The position numbers were made by a program, and so were the translations under genes. From NCBI GenBank assembly GCA_964035545.1, contig OZ037766.1:29328640-29392639 (forward strand): 64,000 nt of DNA. Reading direction: 5' to 3'. Source of the stretch: Bugula neritina. Taxonomy: Eukaryota > Animalia > Bryozoa. Positions 38,257 through 52,400 of this stretch are shown here, piece by piece (within the stretch, counting starts at the first letter, position 1; every line of letters begins with the position of its first letter). The notes beneath the pieces are model-generated. The model did no database searches. It was not told where the DNA came from and saw only the letters and a list, made by a program, of their open reading frames with translations.

Positions 38257-41200
38257 AATGGAGTTGGCAATAGAGATAGAAAACAATAACCTAATCTCCA
38301 TGCTTGAATAAATTGCAAAATATGGTGTTTGTGAAAAGTAATAGAAAAAGATTAAAACTGCAGTGGGTGAGTATAAACAATAGTTAATCACTAAATGATT
38401 TGTTATGATAATCCTTTTTTGATAGTTGTTGTGTTTTTTTTTGCAAAATAATATTAATTGCATTGAAAACATTGTATTTCATTCCGAGCCTCTTTATGAG
38501 TCATAATATATGCGATATATACATAAACTGGGTTTAGAATAAATGATTTGCATATATGAAATGTTTTGTCACAGAAGTCAATTGTGCTGATCAACTGGTT
38601 TTGTAATCAAATACTGTTTAATACTGATATTAAGCAGCTTATTATAGCACAATGACGTGACCCAGTTTATTAATATATTACTATAAAGCATCTAGTATGT
38701 ATATATCTACTTCGGTATTTAAAAAGAATTGTTTCAAAGATATGCTTGTAGAGCTTCAAAACACCTATGAATGGGAAAAAAAGATCATGTTATGTGAATA
38801 ATATTTGCATATAACTGTTCTTCTTTGGAGTTGTCCCTTTTATAAAGTGCTTTCGACAAAACTTCGTTGCTGCATGGTTTCGTTGAAAATTGAAATTCTC
38901 CTTTCTAAGCTGTTTCAAGTCAATGTATTGTAAACTAAATATCTAAAGACGATAAAGACCTACAATGTGGCTAAATTTAAACTTTGAACTAAGTTTTATG
39001 TAGAGAATACAACTCATAGTTGCGCAATTAATTTTTATCCCTTAACCTATCAATATCTAAAAATGTGTAGTTTAAATCAAAATCTTTGTCAGCTAATACA
39101 ACGTTATATTATCAAGTTAAGTTTCATCTTCACCAGCTTTGCTGCAAAATGAAATAAAACTGTCATTCATGATTGCAGTTATTTTTCATATCCAAGTGCT
39201 GTTTTTGACTTGTTATAAAAGTTGATAGACACTATTTTTTTCTAGTGAAAACAATTGAGTTCACAGACAACTAAGGCTATGTTACAGCATACAGCTCACA
39301 GACTAATAAAGTTCACGAGGGTGACCATTGATAATAAGGAGTTGTCTTCTTATAACTTGTTGAAGGAAAGCCAATTGCGACATAATGTAATAACATGTAA
39401 AGTTATCCCTCCAATTTATTGGCTGAAAGGGGTCAACTTTTATCTGCACTCTGCAGAGTAAACATCTTTTCAGCACACATTTTTTAAGTTCAAAGTTGTC
39501 TTCTTATTGAAAGTATTTAAAAATATTATTTAACAATCGTTATAATTAAGGAATCTGAAGTTGAAAATCAGAAATGGATATATATGTAGAAAAACCTGCA
39601 ATGAGCTAAAAATTTGTGCTTTTACATGCACATATTAACATATTAATGTACTTAGGCAATTGTTATATCAAAGAATTCTAATTCATACTTTTATCCAAAT
39701 ATAAATTCACTATAAAAAATGATGCAATACCTTCAAAATCTACCAATATTATCCCTGCCCAATATATTTTATAACAAACATGTGTAAATGAGTTTATATT
39801 ACCATAATTGTTTATAGGGGATGTAGTAGAAGTTGATTAATTTATCTGTAACAGCATGTTTCCCAAAACTCTTGAGCTTAGGTTTAAATTGATTATTTTA
39901 TGAATATATGCATGTGCACAGTTTAAACCAGACAGTAACTACATAGGAGGTAGCAACCAGGTAAAGAGTGATACCATTAAAATAATGGAACAGGATGAAA
40001 GTCAAAGCATCATCAATTATTTTCAAACAGTAACATTTTAGATGTATTATTATAAACTATTACTAGTTTAAGATATTCGGCAAAAGCTCTTGAGAGCAAA
40101 GTCCAGCAACGTGAATAATTAATTATTACTTTAGCATTATAAAATATCAAATAATATATTTTTTATGTTTTGGTTTGGCTAATGTATTCATGAACTACTT
40201 GCTGAAGAAAGAGTAAATCTCATATCTCTAATATCAATACTGGACTCATCACATTGCAGGTACCTGATGGAACTGTCTCATAATTAAGCCAATCAGAATA
40301 CTCTGCGAAGTCTATTGGTTGTTTTATCTTTGTTTTAAAAAAGCTGTAAATACCAGAATTAAACTATGGCATAAGATGACCTCATTCGATGACATCTCAC
40401 TAGCTTTCCAACATGTCATGATTGGTCTAGTGGACAAAATGAAACGGCTCACTACAGATCTGAATAAACTATCAGAGTGAACAATAACATCTTTCAACAT
40501 AAAACACATTTCAATAGAATAATTTTTTGTTGATGCTTATGATCATTAGAGATAGAATATTGTCTAATTAGCAACATATTTAACAAAAAAGTAAACTTGA
40601 AATGACAAGTTGAGCAATAAATTGGCGGTTTTTAGTCTCCAATCTTCTTTGAGAGGCTGCTTATGGGGGCCCCAACTCACACACTAAACCTCGACTAAAC
40701 AATACCAACTGCTGCATTCATAGGCGCTTCCTGCGATAAATCTGCTAAAATTTTAACTGTTGGAGTAAAAGAACTTACTGTAAAGAGTATAGCATTCTTA
40801 TATAGTTGTTTCTCATCTGCTATAGTATTGGTTGTTATAAATTTAGTACACATTATAGTAAATTCAAAAATAGCTGAAATAGAATTGAATCATACTATAT
40901 TAATTTGAGAAATTGCTAGTCATTTATCTTCAAAGAAAATATATGCTCCCTGCAGGTTAATTCAACTCCATAGGTTCACTATTACTTCTTTTGCTTTTTA
41001 GTAATTTAATATGGTAACTTTTAATTCAACCTAATGTTTATTATATAATTTGCTTGTGAACATTATTATGTGATCATAGTCTTGTTCTAAAAATAGAATA
41101 AGGGTTGAGTAACAGCCACATAATATGTTGTAATAAAAAGTTGAAATACGTCGAGTGATTCTATTGTTCTATTCCGCATGCATATGAATATTTCAGGTAC

Positions 41201-44200
41201 AAATACTTTCAAATTAAATGTTCGCCATCCGGGTATTATGTGGTTACAGTTCATTGGCTTAGACAAGAACAGGTCATAATATAAAATCCAGGTTAAAGCT
41301 GTTTAAATCATATTTAATAGCGTTACTATCCATAATATTCATAAGTTATTTTTACATATCTCTAAATAGATGCCTTTGCTTAGGAATTTATGAATTGCAT
41401 GCAAATTATAAATCAGAAAGAAATATTTATAGTAGGAAGCCGCCATCCCACTGGCTGTCAAATTATTTGTCACTGTAGTTTATATAACAATATTCCAGGC
41501 ACGCCTGGGGAGTCTAGAGCTGAAATGGCTGTTGTGCCAAGGTGTGAAACAACACCAAATAGTTATAATGTCACCTGAAGGCCAGTTTTTGTTACTGGCG
41601 CATTAAAATAATTTCTCTCTAGGGTAAAATGGCTACCAGGCTTTCAGATAGTTCTACTATACTATACACTGAAATTGTTTGATGGCAATCCAAAAACTAT
41701 CAGTTTCTTTTTTTATGGAATAAACAATAAAAAGATAATTTTTTGTCACCATTTTAACCTTAGTATTGTTGCAACTTATAAAGGAGAATGAGCATCAATT
41801 TTAAAGCAATATGAAAAAAAGTTATTGTAACATCTTTTAGTAATACCATACCTAATAATAATTCAACATGATCTAAATTTATAAGTTTGCAATTATGTTG
41901 CTGATAAACAAAGCAGCTCTTTCTAGTAGTCATGGCAACATCATAACATCCGCACACGCTATAAACACGTGTTGATTACGAAAGATTATACAGCTAGTCC
42001 GCAGCGAATGCTAATAGAAATTCACCAAATAAATCAAATTATAGATCTGCACTGAAAAGCAAGTGTTGTTTTGTTTTGATTCCCAGGCTTTGCTAATCAC
42101 CTTGTGATTCACAATAATCGGATAATGACCTTACATTAGTGATCACAAAGGCGATGGTCATTCTGTGTATATAATTAGTCTACTAACCCACTAATGCTGC
42201 ATCTATGACGTACTGTGACTCATTTTGACAGGAAATTAATATTTATAATAAAGAATATTTAAATCTGAGAATATATAAAGTAGTCTGTAGTATCTACCCA
42301 TTGCTTCAGAATCATTTATCTACATGCTTTCTTAGCTAACCTATTATATTGGTGAACACAGCTGTAAAATATAAAAATCATTTTTTGTTTATTGAGCATT
42401 TGATTATAGCAACAGCTGTAACATTTTCTGGAAGTTACTGGAAAGTAAAGCTATTTTTAGCAGCTAGTTTGTAAAACTATTCTACAGCTTCAAATGTTTT
42501 ATGATAAGTTTTGATGCTATATGAATGTGTATTGGAAGGAGTAATAAAATTCAGTTTTGTTTATATTAAAAAACATTTAAGTAAAAACAAACTACATTTT
42601 GAATATTATGATGTTTTGGCAAAAATCTTTTGGCAGGTGTTCACAGGATTTTGAAACTTGGTTATAGGAAAGTTTATTATTCTTTAATTGAAAGGATTGT
42701 TTTCAGTAAGTTGGTTACTTATGGCAACTTCTACTATAGCTGACTGTAAGATAACATTGTTGTTACTTTTTGTTTCAACAAGTTGTTTCAAAGATGCTTA
42801 TAAAAACATGTAACACTAAGATTAAAAATTACCATATTATGTAATACTAAATGTTAGAGTGCATTTATGGCTGGTTTAGCCAAAAACACTATATATATAG
42901 CAGACAAAAAAGAAAACATAATTGCTAACCATCTACTGCAGTAAATTTTACATTCATGCTAAATAAGCTAAATAGTAGCTAAGAAAAAAATATATACTAA
43001 TAGGCTGTATGTAGCGTTTTGATCATTTTTATTATATTGCACACTATTACATACAGCGGCACAGGACAATTCATCACCATTCACCCTTATATTCACTTAG
43101 CTACTCACTTAGCTACTCACACAGCCACAGCTTTTTTTTGAACCACAAATAGCTTTGTTTTCACTATAACAATGCAATGATTTTGCTAACAGAATAGCTG
43201 TCAGCTTTTTATAGCTTGTAGCCAGAAGTTATAATAGCTAAGGTTTTTTATGCCTTCATTTCTCTACTGACTGTTGCAGTTCTAACTAGTCATTCTTTAT
43301 TTGATTAAACTTTCACCATCACAATTTTATATACTTAATTCTAACTCTCCCCAGGAAGGGTAATAGAGGTATGTTAAACATTGTTTTGCAACAATTTTGT
43401 AATTTTTGTATGTTTCATTTTTCTTTCAATAATGTCTTTATTATTAAATCGTATTATTGTATTATTGTAGTTTCACGTTGGTTACCAGTTAGTTTCAATA
43501 AACATATGCAGCAAAACTCCAGCAGTGCAACCTGTTATCAATGAACTGGGGTAGACGTTACACTGTATGTAACTATAATACTAGTTTGAGAAAAGATCCT
43601 ATATTGATCTGTCAAGTAATGGGCGGCTTGTTGTCCAATTTCTCTTCATTTTATGTGAGTTTTTGCACCTTAATAATTGGAAGTTTAGTTTAGTCTATTA
43701 ATATTACAACAGATTCTTAGCCATTTGTGCATCCATTACATGCATGTTTTGCTAAAAAGCACAGAAGCCCAATTAAAAATATTGCATAAATATTGACTAT
43801 AATTTTTATAAAGGTTTTTTGTTACTATATTATACATTATTTTAATGAGTACTTCCAATTTTTAAATAAAATACTTAAAATACAACTTTACCTAAATCGT
43901 TTTGCTAAAAGTAATCAAACTGCAAAAAAACAGTTCGTCTCTTGGAAGTTGGATTTGTTTATAGGAAGAATTGTATTTTGAATAATTGCCTGCAGCTGTG
44001 TTCCTAAACAAAGCACAAGCATCCATATGATTATCCTGTACCAAGGGGTACTGTACAACTTATCTGTGAGTAGGTTTACATATTCCAATATTCATTGCAT
44101 ATGATTTGACAAATATAGAATTGTACAGCTGTGCACTTAGCATAAAACTGAGTGCCAAATGCTTGTAGTACCTGAGCCTATCCTAGTTGTTGTTATTGGC

Positions 44201-45824
44201 AAGCTCTTCCTTTCATCTGACAATACAGAATGTTGTGTCACTTCACAGCTTTATTCAGAAAGGAACACTGTGACTTGCAAATTTATGATTCTCCATAAAC
44301 AAAATTCTTATTTTAATCTATTCTAGGGATTGGAATGGGTAGAGGCATAACTCAAACTTCAAGCCACTTATGTGGTAAAACTGAAGCTATGCTGAAATCG
44401 TGATTTGTGCCTCTGAAAAGAATTTTATCATAAATTATGTTTGAAATGTGACAGGAATTAATAAATGAAACATTTAGTAAATACATAAACTATAGATTTG
44501 TTGTATTCTAATTGTATATAATTACTAATCTCTACTGGAGATGATTTATTTGCTGTTATTAACTTTATGTTGTAAGTATCTTATACAAGGATGTCTAAAC
44601 TGTTTCTATAAGTTGAGTAGAACAAACTACTGCATAGTACATACTATACTATACATACAAATACTATATGCTAACTACTACATCTTCTATATACTTTATA
44701 TTATATACTAATATTAAGTTCTAAATGTTATATACTCTATATAATGCATTTAATTATTAATCTAAATTACACAAAATAGATTCTACATACTAACTCTATA
44801 CTATATACTACACACTATACATCTAGATAAACTATACACTGCCTGTGGTTGTCTATACTCTGTAGTGTGCTGTATATTAAAATAATATTGATGTTCAGAT
44901 GCATATTGTAAAAACTATTTTATTTATAGAGCTGCACTATTCTGGGTCACTCTATTTCATCATTTATGGTACCATTTACTGGTTTAATCGCTAGCACATG
45001 GTATGATAAATGACATCATGGGTATTGCTTACTAGTCTCATCATCAAATAAGAGAAAAGACAACTTCGAATATCTATGACTACTTGACGGCTGTGCTTGC
45101 AAAAGAAGAAAGTCAGGGTTTCAAAAGAAAATTTACTTGTATATTTCATGCATTTAGTTGATTAAAATACTATAGGAAGGGTGATACAAAGTTGCTATAA
45201 CTCCAGCACATGCTGAGTATATACAAGCTATATTTTATAGGTAAAATAACAAATGTAAACAACAAACAGTAGTAAACATCTGCTTAGAGGACAAAAACCT
45301 GACCTAATATAACATGTTTTTTAGTTTACCTGCAAGCATCATGTACTTTTGACAGAATAAAAGCAACTAAGAGAAGATTATTCTAATGCTTATAGTCCAA
45401 GTACTTACTGAAATTGTAGCTTGAAATAGTAACATATATTAGCTAGTTAATACACAAGGGCAGGTAATTTCTATTACTCGTATAAGCAAAGTTGGATGCT
45501 AGTTCTATGTGCAGTGTAAAGTCGTAGGCCTACATACACGTCACATAGTTATAAGTTTATTTGAGTATTACAAGTATTACATTGCTAAGGCTAGTAACTA
45601 AAACCATCAAACGATGAGGCTACACTTGAAACTATTATAACAAATTTCACAATACATAATGTGAAACTTTTAGTAATAGCAATCAGTCATATTATTTTTC
45701 TGAAAAAATATGTTTTAGAAATACAATTCATAAAAAAATAAATTCAAAAAATTAAAATTAATAAAATAAAGCAGAAAACATGCACGTGATAACGCCGGAA
45801 CCATTCACTAGCTGGACTCACTCA

Positions 45825-48800
45825 CTAGCTGGGTTTAACCATCTCACTATCACTCAGCCGACTCTGGACAGCTTTCTCTGCAGTCTCAAGGATATTCAGG
45901 CAGTCAGCAAAATCAGTGTTGATGCTAAGGTCAAAGGCAGCAACTTCCTGCCTGAGATCAGCACTTCTGGCAGCGCGAGATGCTGCCTCGGGTTTGCTGC
46001 ACGCTGTCACATTAGTACATGATAAGTCAGTAGAAAATTCAATAGAATGAGGCTTTTCGGACGGTTTACTTCGTTTAGTTGGGGACTCCAAAACTGCCCC
46101 ACTTGCTAAACATGCGAAACCCAGACTATCTAAACTATGAGTCATGAGTTCTGTGCTTCTTGAACGCTTTGTCGGAGTTGTCATCACTTTGGGTAAAGTA
46201 TTTGAAGGAGCTGAGGCTAGAAGTTGAGTCACAGGACTACTATTCCACTTTGTTACACTTTCAGAAGGATGCAAACTGCCACACTTATCTCCGATGTCAA
46301 ACTTGAGGAAGGGGGAAGGAGAGAACCCCTCACTGTGTTCTGTAGTAGAACTGAGACTAGCTAACAAACTTTTACGTGCTCCAGTAGGACTAGCGGAATG
46401 TGCTGATTTGAATGAAGAGTGATCTTTATGCAAACCGACGTCTGCTTTATTCTGAGTCGAAGAAGTCATTGTTGGACGACTGACTTGATCAGACTGTGTC
46501 AAAAACGGGTCGTGCCCAGGAAGTGAATCTGCAACAATAACTAACTATATAAAACAAAGAGAGGAGAATTGCATGGAGGATACTGAGCTATGCGAGCTAT
46601 TGCTGTGTTCCTACAGAAAATTGATACTACAACGCAATATATGATTTTGTAGCAACACTACATTCTACATCACAACTATTGCTCAATGCTTAGCAATACT
46701 TTAAGTTTTTCAGAAAGTTAAGGATATTTATAATTGGCCAAACTTGTTTTATAGTAAATGCATAAAAATACTCTAGAGTCTAGACTAGATATCCTAATTC
46801 TGACTACAATGTTTAGATATAATTGAGGGAGTATTAAATAGCTGCCTAAGATATTATATATGCACTTTTCAATTTATTTAAGAAAAAGTAAAAACCAACT
46901 GCTGATTAAACATACTTGGTACATTACATGTTGCTGCTATGTCATTGGTTAAGCTGGACTGTAGCTTACTCTGATTGGCTAACTTGAGACGAGTCTCTAA
47001 AGCCTGTATATGATTGTCACTAACAGACAACGCCTTCTTAAGGTTGGAGATCTCCTTTTTCTGTTTCTCAATCTGTGATTCGAGAGCAGCCACTGTGAAT
47101 CTGCCAATCCTGTGTCACAAGACAGATATACAGTTACCATGGCAACCAATTAAACAGCTTTTGAGTAAAATTAACAATAACAACTGTGATTTTACTTAGA
47201 TTTCAAATAACAGAAGGCTTAGACTTATAGCGAGTTGCATTTTTACAAAAAATGCATCAATTCAACAGCAATCTATGTTTCTGTGCACTAAATATCGTAA
47301 GAGCTCAGCCAAAAATTGTCCGCAAGTGAAATTTTCATTTATAGCCAACAGAAATTTTAAAATAGATGAACGTATTTAAAAAAAACATTAAATCCAAAGA
47401 CACACAGAGCGGAATCGGCCATGTGGTCCTAGCTTAAACACATGGCAACTATGAAGACATAAATTACAATAACTGCTCAACTGGAAAGGTCTGCACTCAC
47501 TTGCTGGGAGTTCTTTGACTCAAGTCATATCGAAGTTGATCATTATCTCTTGAGAGATCAATGTTAGCTTGTTTGAGATCATTGTTCTCCTACAATAATA
47601 AGAGGAGAGATATTGATATGTAAAACACCCCATAAAGAAGTAGAAGATTGTCTTCTCATGCCACAATTGAGAATGTCTGCAATCCAATATGAACATAGAG
47701 TGCCATCTGTAGCTACGGAATCCTAGATTCAAAACATTCAATTTAGGAACATTTCATCATTATGAGTTGTCCATCCTTCAAGTAGTATTCACAATATGTG
47801 AACCATCAGGGTACAATGTGTAGATGTGAAGACATTTTCTACTGGGATATCAATGCAGAATTAACCACTTCCATGGTACACATAGGAAGGGGGGGATACA
47901 GTGTGCATCACAGAAAGCATGAAAAGTCACTCCTTACAAAAGTACGTGTTTCCAATAAAAGTGCTTGCTGTATTGATTATATTTGAAAAATAAAAAATAG
48001 GAGCTTTTGAGTTTCAGGCTATTGAGCTTTGATAACATTTTTCCCATATGCAAGGTACACTGAAACTTGAAAAAAGCTTTGGCTTTGGAGCATAAAAATG
48101 CATACACAATAGACAGATAGATAATGCCGTCTATTTACAGCCGCTGTTTTGGGAGTTGTCCCCTCATCAGAACAGAGCACCAAGGCCAACCCCTCCGTTA
48201 TGAAAAATACTAATTCTTCTACCTAAGAAAATTTAAAAGTGACACAAATTCAAGCCAGAGAGCTTAAGAAATGACAAGAGGTGCAAGCTTTGCAAAATGA
48301 TAAGCAGCATGAATTATTGTCGTAGTCGAAGAGCTAAGGTAAACATGATAATAATATCATTACATTAGCAAAGGAAAGTGTCTTAATGCATTACAAATTT
48401 TTGCAAGTTTGTCCCAATATGATAATAATAAATTAAGCAAAATGTTTGGAGGTTGGTCACTTTGAATAGGAAAGCAACACAAGAAAACTACTTCATATCT
48501 CATTTCTACCATTCAACATAACTTTGAAAGTAGAACTGAATAAATGATAATTTCGCTTGCTTCGCAATTATTAAGGCAAACTGAACCTTGATTTAAAACA
48601 TGCATGTTTTGTTTTAGGATAGATACTCAATTCTGCAGACACTCCAAACACGTTCCATTGCAGTGACCTCATGCCTATCGTATTGAAATGAATTTGCTGC
48701 CCCTGAAGCATAGACATTATCACCTGACCTGTTGATAGCCACGCAGTTCCAAGTTCACTTTGTGTTGGAGTTGTGATGCCTCAGCTAGCTTTGACTTGAG

Positions 48801-51296
48801 CATTTCCAGAGATTGTCTATCAGTTTCACAGAGACTGCTACCAGAGATGGACGGGGTCGGACTAACAGTGGCTGACGCAACATCCTTCAAACTCCTGATC
48901 TCTTCTTCTAGTTGTATTATTATATCATTCAATCTTTGAATCTCATCCTGATTGTGATAAGCAAGTAATTGTAGGTTAACAGCCTAAACTCGCAATAGAT
49001 TTCCATGTAAACAACTATTTTCAACAAAATCATTACGAGTATCACAACACATTTGTAGTTGAACACTTAGTTAATGTGAATAATGCTAAAGATTGAATGA
49101 AACTTATATATGGCAAAGGTTAGTGCTGCAATTAGTAATTTAGTTGAGAGAATCTTCTAATGGCAGACTTGAACTCAGCTATAATCTTCAGAGCAAAATT
49201 TGATTGAGAAAATGATTTGAAAAATAAAATTACTTTTACTTATATTTAAAATATTATCCTGTAACATAATGTAAATACTCAAACTGATACTAAGTGAAAT
49301 AAAATAATGCTGTAAAATATAAAATAGGCAGCTACGATTCAGCAATATGATATAGCAAGAAGCATATGGTGATGGATTGGTAGATCACACCTCATCAAAC
49401 TGCATTGGTGAAACGACTCCTGTGCCAGAGTTAAAGCATTCAAGTAATGCTCCCAGCATACATGTAGTTATGTCCTAACTTGTCAAAATTTGGACTTTAA
49501 TTTGAATGGTGACTATATATACAAATCTGAGTTATTACACAATTTGTGGCCCTTTATCTCATATGAGTTGAACATAATAGTGAATGCAGACTCCCTTACC
49601 TCATAGGAGTTGAACAAGGACTTTACTCGGGCCTTTCTGTTCATGGGCTCAGCAAACGCAGGTGATTCACTAGTTTCAACGTTCTGACCTCCTGGAAACA
49701 AGAGCAGAAGAGTCACATGACAGCTGATCCGTCCTGCTGACCTTGCTGACCTCCAAACGATACTACTAAAGTCTAAATACTGACTGGTATTACTAAATAC
49801 TGACTGGTATTACTAAATACTAACTAGTACTACTAAATATTGACTAGTATTACTAAATACTGACTAGTATTACTAAATACTGACTGGTATTACTAAATAC
49901 TGACTAGTTTTACTAAATACTGACTAGTACTACTAAATACTGACTAGTATTACTAAATACTGACTAGTATTACTAAATACTGACTAGTACTACTAAATAC
50001 TGACTAGTATTACTAAATACTGACTAGTATTACTAAATACTAACTCGTATTACTAAATACTAACTGGTATTACTAAATACTGACTGGTATTACTAAATAC
50101 TTACTGGTAACATTTGACTAGTACAACTGCTTGGTGTAATTAAATATAATAAAACGTGAAATAGAATGGTAACAGTTAACCGGCTTTACTGAGTAGTATT
50201 ATTGACTGATGAGTAATACTATTGACTAACGAGTAACTAGTATTACTGACTAATAATTAGCATTATTATGCATCATAATCAAATTTCATCATTAAAAGTT
50301 GGCAATATTTACAAACTAACACCTAAAATCACAATAAACCATTTCACAGAGTTGTCATACCTAATAAAAGCCGAAAAGGCTGTTCAGTAGTTATCTCCAC
50401 TCTGCAAGTGGGACAGTGTTTATTCTTGCTAGTCCAGATAATAATACAAGCTTTACAATAGACATGGTTGTTGTTGCAAGACACAGGTTCCCTCACCTAA
50501 ACAATTACAGGACTGCACGGCAAACACAGCACAGGTACACACAGCAATGATAATCAAACATCAACTGAATGGGGGAAGGAGTTGTAAAAGCCAGGATTTC
50601 CAGTGTTTGGAATTGTCTACTTTTAAAATAAAGTTATTGCATTTGAAAACTGTGATTGGGAGCCAATTACAGCCACTGGCTTTCCAATGACATTTAGCAC
50701 CTGTGAGCAACCTTTTTTATTTATAGTTGACTTGAGAAAACAGCAAATGGCACAGTGATGTCACTGATAAAGTGACATCATGTGACATAGTATGTCGTAT
50801 AAAAGATACCAGAAGCCAAGTCAGACAAAGGCTAACAGTAAAGTCAGCAAAACATCCTGCAATACTTAATTTCAATATTCATCGCTAAATAAAGTAATAA
50901 AATGTAGACATAATAATAAAAAGTTTTAGATGTCTCAATAGTTGACTATTTCAATTTTAACAACTACAATAATCATGCACTGTACTCAATAATGAGAATT
51001 GTCTGCCATATTTAGATGCTGCTAACAAATCAATCCAAATCAAGCCGGCAAAAGATAATTTCAGTTGTTTTAGCAACCAAAATAGATCATAGTAGCATTT
51101 GGATTTTGCGTCTATTGACTAGACATTTCAGATTTGTAGCACATCCATCAATAGTCACTTAAAATAATGGCTGAATGCTGTTAAAATAACGCATTTCGGT
51201 TACCTTTCCCAGGCATATTTGGCACAAGATTGGCAATGTCATAGCTACAGTAGACGTCATTGCTCTTGGCTTTATGTGTCTGCTAATTTCATCCAT
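45825..51296 (-). CDS. OBI1: ORC ubiquitin ligase 1 (RING finger protein 219), 7 coding exons
   Basis: Exons 51296-51204, 50496-50361, 49691-49600, 48947-48729, 47589-47501, 47109-46916 and 46528-45825. RING: MTLPILCQICLGKVREPVSCNNNHVYCKACIIIWTSKNKHCPTCRVEIT. Coiled coil contains RTPSKIGRFTVAALESQIEKQKKEISNLKKALSVSDNHIQALE, as in RNF219. Ser-rich tail. Confidence 0.92.
47133..47146. promoter_or_regulatory. RFX X-box motif in OBI1 intron 5
   Basis: GTTACCATGGCAAC, overlapping a CCAAT at its 3' end. Confidence 0.5.
48130..48176 (-). ncRNA. Minimal type I hammerhead ribozyme motif (Penelope-like/retrozyme type) with G12A core substitution
   Basis: Minus strand: UCUGUU-CUGAUGA-GGGGACAACUCCC-AAAA-CAGCGGCUG-UA-AAUAGA. 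Stem I UCUGUU/AAUAGA, stem II GGGG/UCCC, near-palindromic stem III CAGC/GCUG, GUA cleavage triplet. The GAAA box reads AAAA. Confidence 0.75.
49773..50110. repeat. 20-nt minisatellite, ~17 copies, in OBI1 intron 2
   Basis: Unit ctaaatactgact(a/g)gtatta. Confidence 0.92.
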
Positions 51297-51987
51297 CACC
51301 CTATAGAATAATTCCACAATTCAAAAATATTTAATTTGCCCTTTCAAAGCAATACTGTTGAGCTGGAATAAAAATGTGAGAAGCATATTAATATGCCCTT
51401 TAACACAAAATTTCAACTCAATTTCTCAAGTTATCTTTAGAATAGAATAAAATATCAGTTACAGAATAGAGTCAAAACAGTTTATGAAACTTTATCAATA
51501 AGACAAAGTCAGCTTGATTAAATAACTTTTAAAATTACAAACTTAAAACACTAAACTGCTATCTGTAAGTTATAATTATTCCATACAAATTCAAGGCAGT
51601 GACCTAAAGTTCAATAACTCAGGCATGCACAAGCGAGTAGCAAAAACTCAGTTATCAGTAGTCAGAATGATACTAATAACTAATAAGTAATAATCAGCAC
51701 GATTTTAAATATTATGTAACTAGTGATGTCAATACAGCCGACAAAAAATGTGTTTAATCTAGCTATATTAATTAATAACACGAATTAGTGCCAACAACTT
51801 TAGGCTCTCATAAAAATTTCAATTTTAAAAAAGTATTTTTTTCATATAATTGTGAATTTATTTCTAAAGGTATGAGAGCATGAATCAAGTAAAAGCAATT
51901 TGATTTAGAGACTTGCTCACTCATCGACACACAGACTCACTAATTTCAGTATTAGGAATTATTCAACTCCAGCCATTAAGTTTTGAC

Positions 51988-52400
51988 ATAATTATTATTA
52001 TATTAATATAATTATTATTATATGTAGGCCTATATTATTATTAATAGATTTATATTTATAATTAAATTTATAATTAAATTTAATTTGATGATTATATTTA
52101 TAATGAATAATTTTATTCTATATAAGTATAACAATAATCATAATGATATTCATATTCATATTGATGATCAGTTTGATGATTGATTCATATTTATTGACTG
52201 AATTTAATGATTACGATATTTATGATTATATTCGTATTGATAACGATAAATTTATATTTATATTGATATTGAATTTCAATTCGATGTTATTAAAATTAAA
52301 TTAATCATTATTATAATCATAATCATAATGAACTCATAATCATAATGATAATCATTATCATTATGATTATCATAATGATAATGATAATCAATATCATAAT
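51988..52400. repeat. AT-rich low-complexity tract upstream of OBI1 coding exon 1
   Basis: ATT/ATC/ATG-rich simple sequence. Confidence 0.7.

Noticed and set aside
51297-51310. Acceptor 4 nt upstream of the OBI1 ATG as evidence of spliced-leader trans-splicing
   Set aside because: A plausible cis donor (GTGAGC, minus, 51920) exists upstream, so an ordinary 5'UTR intron suffices.
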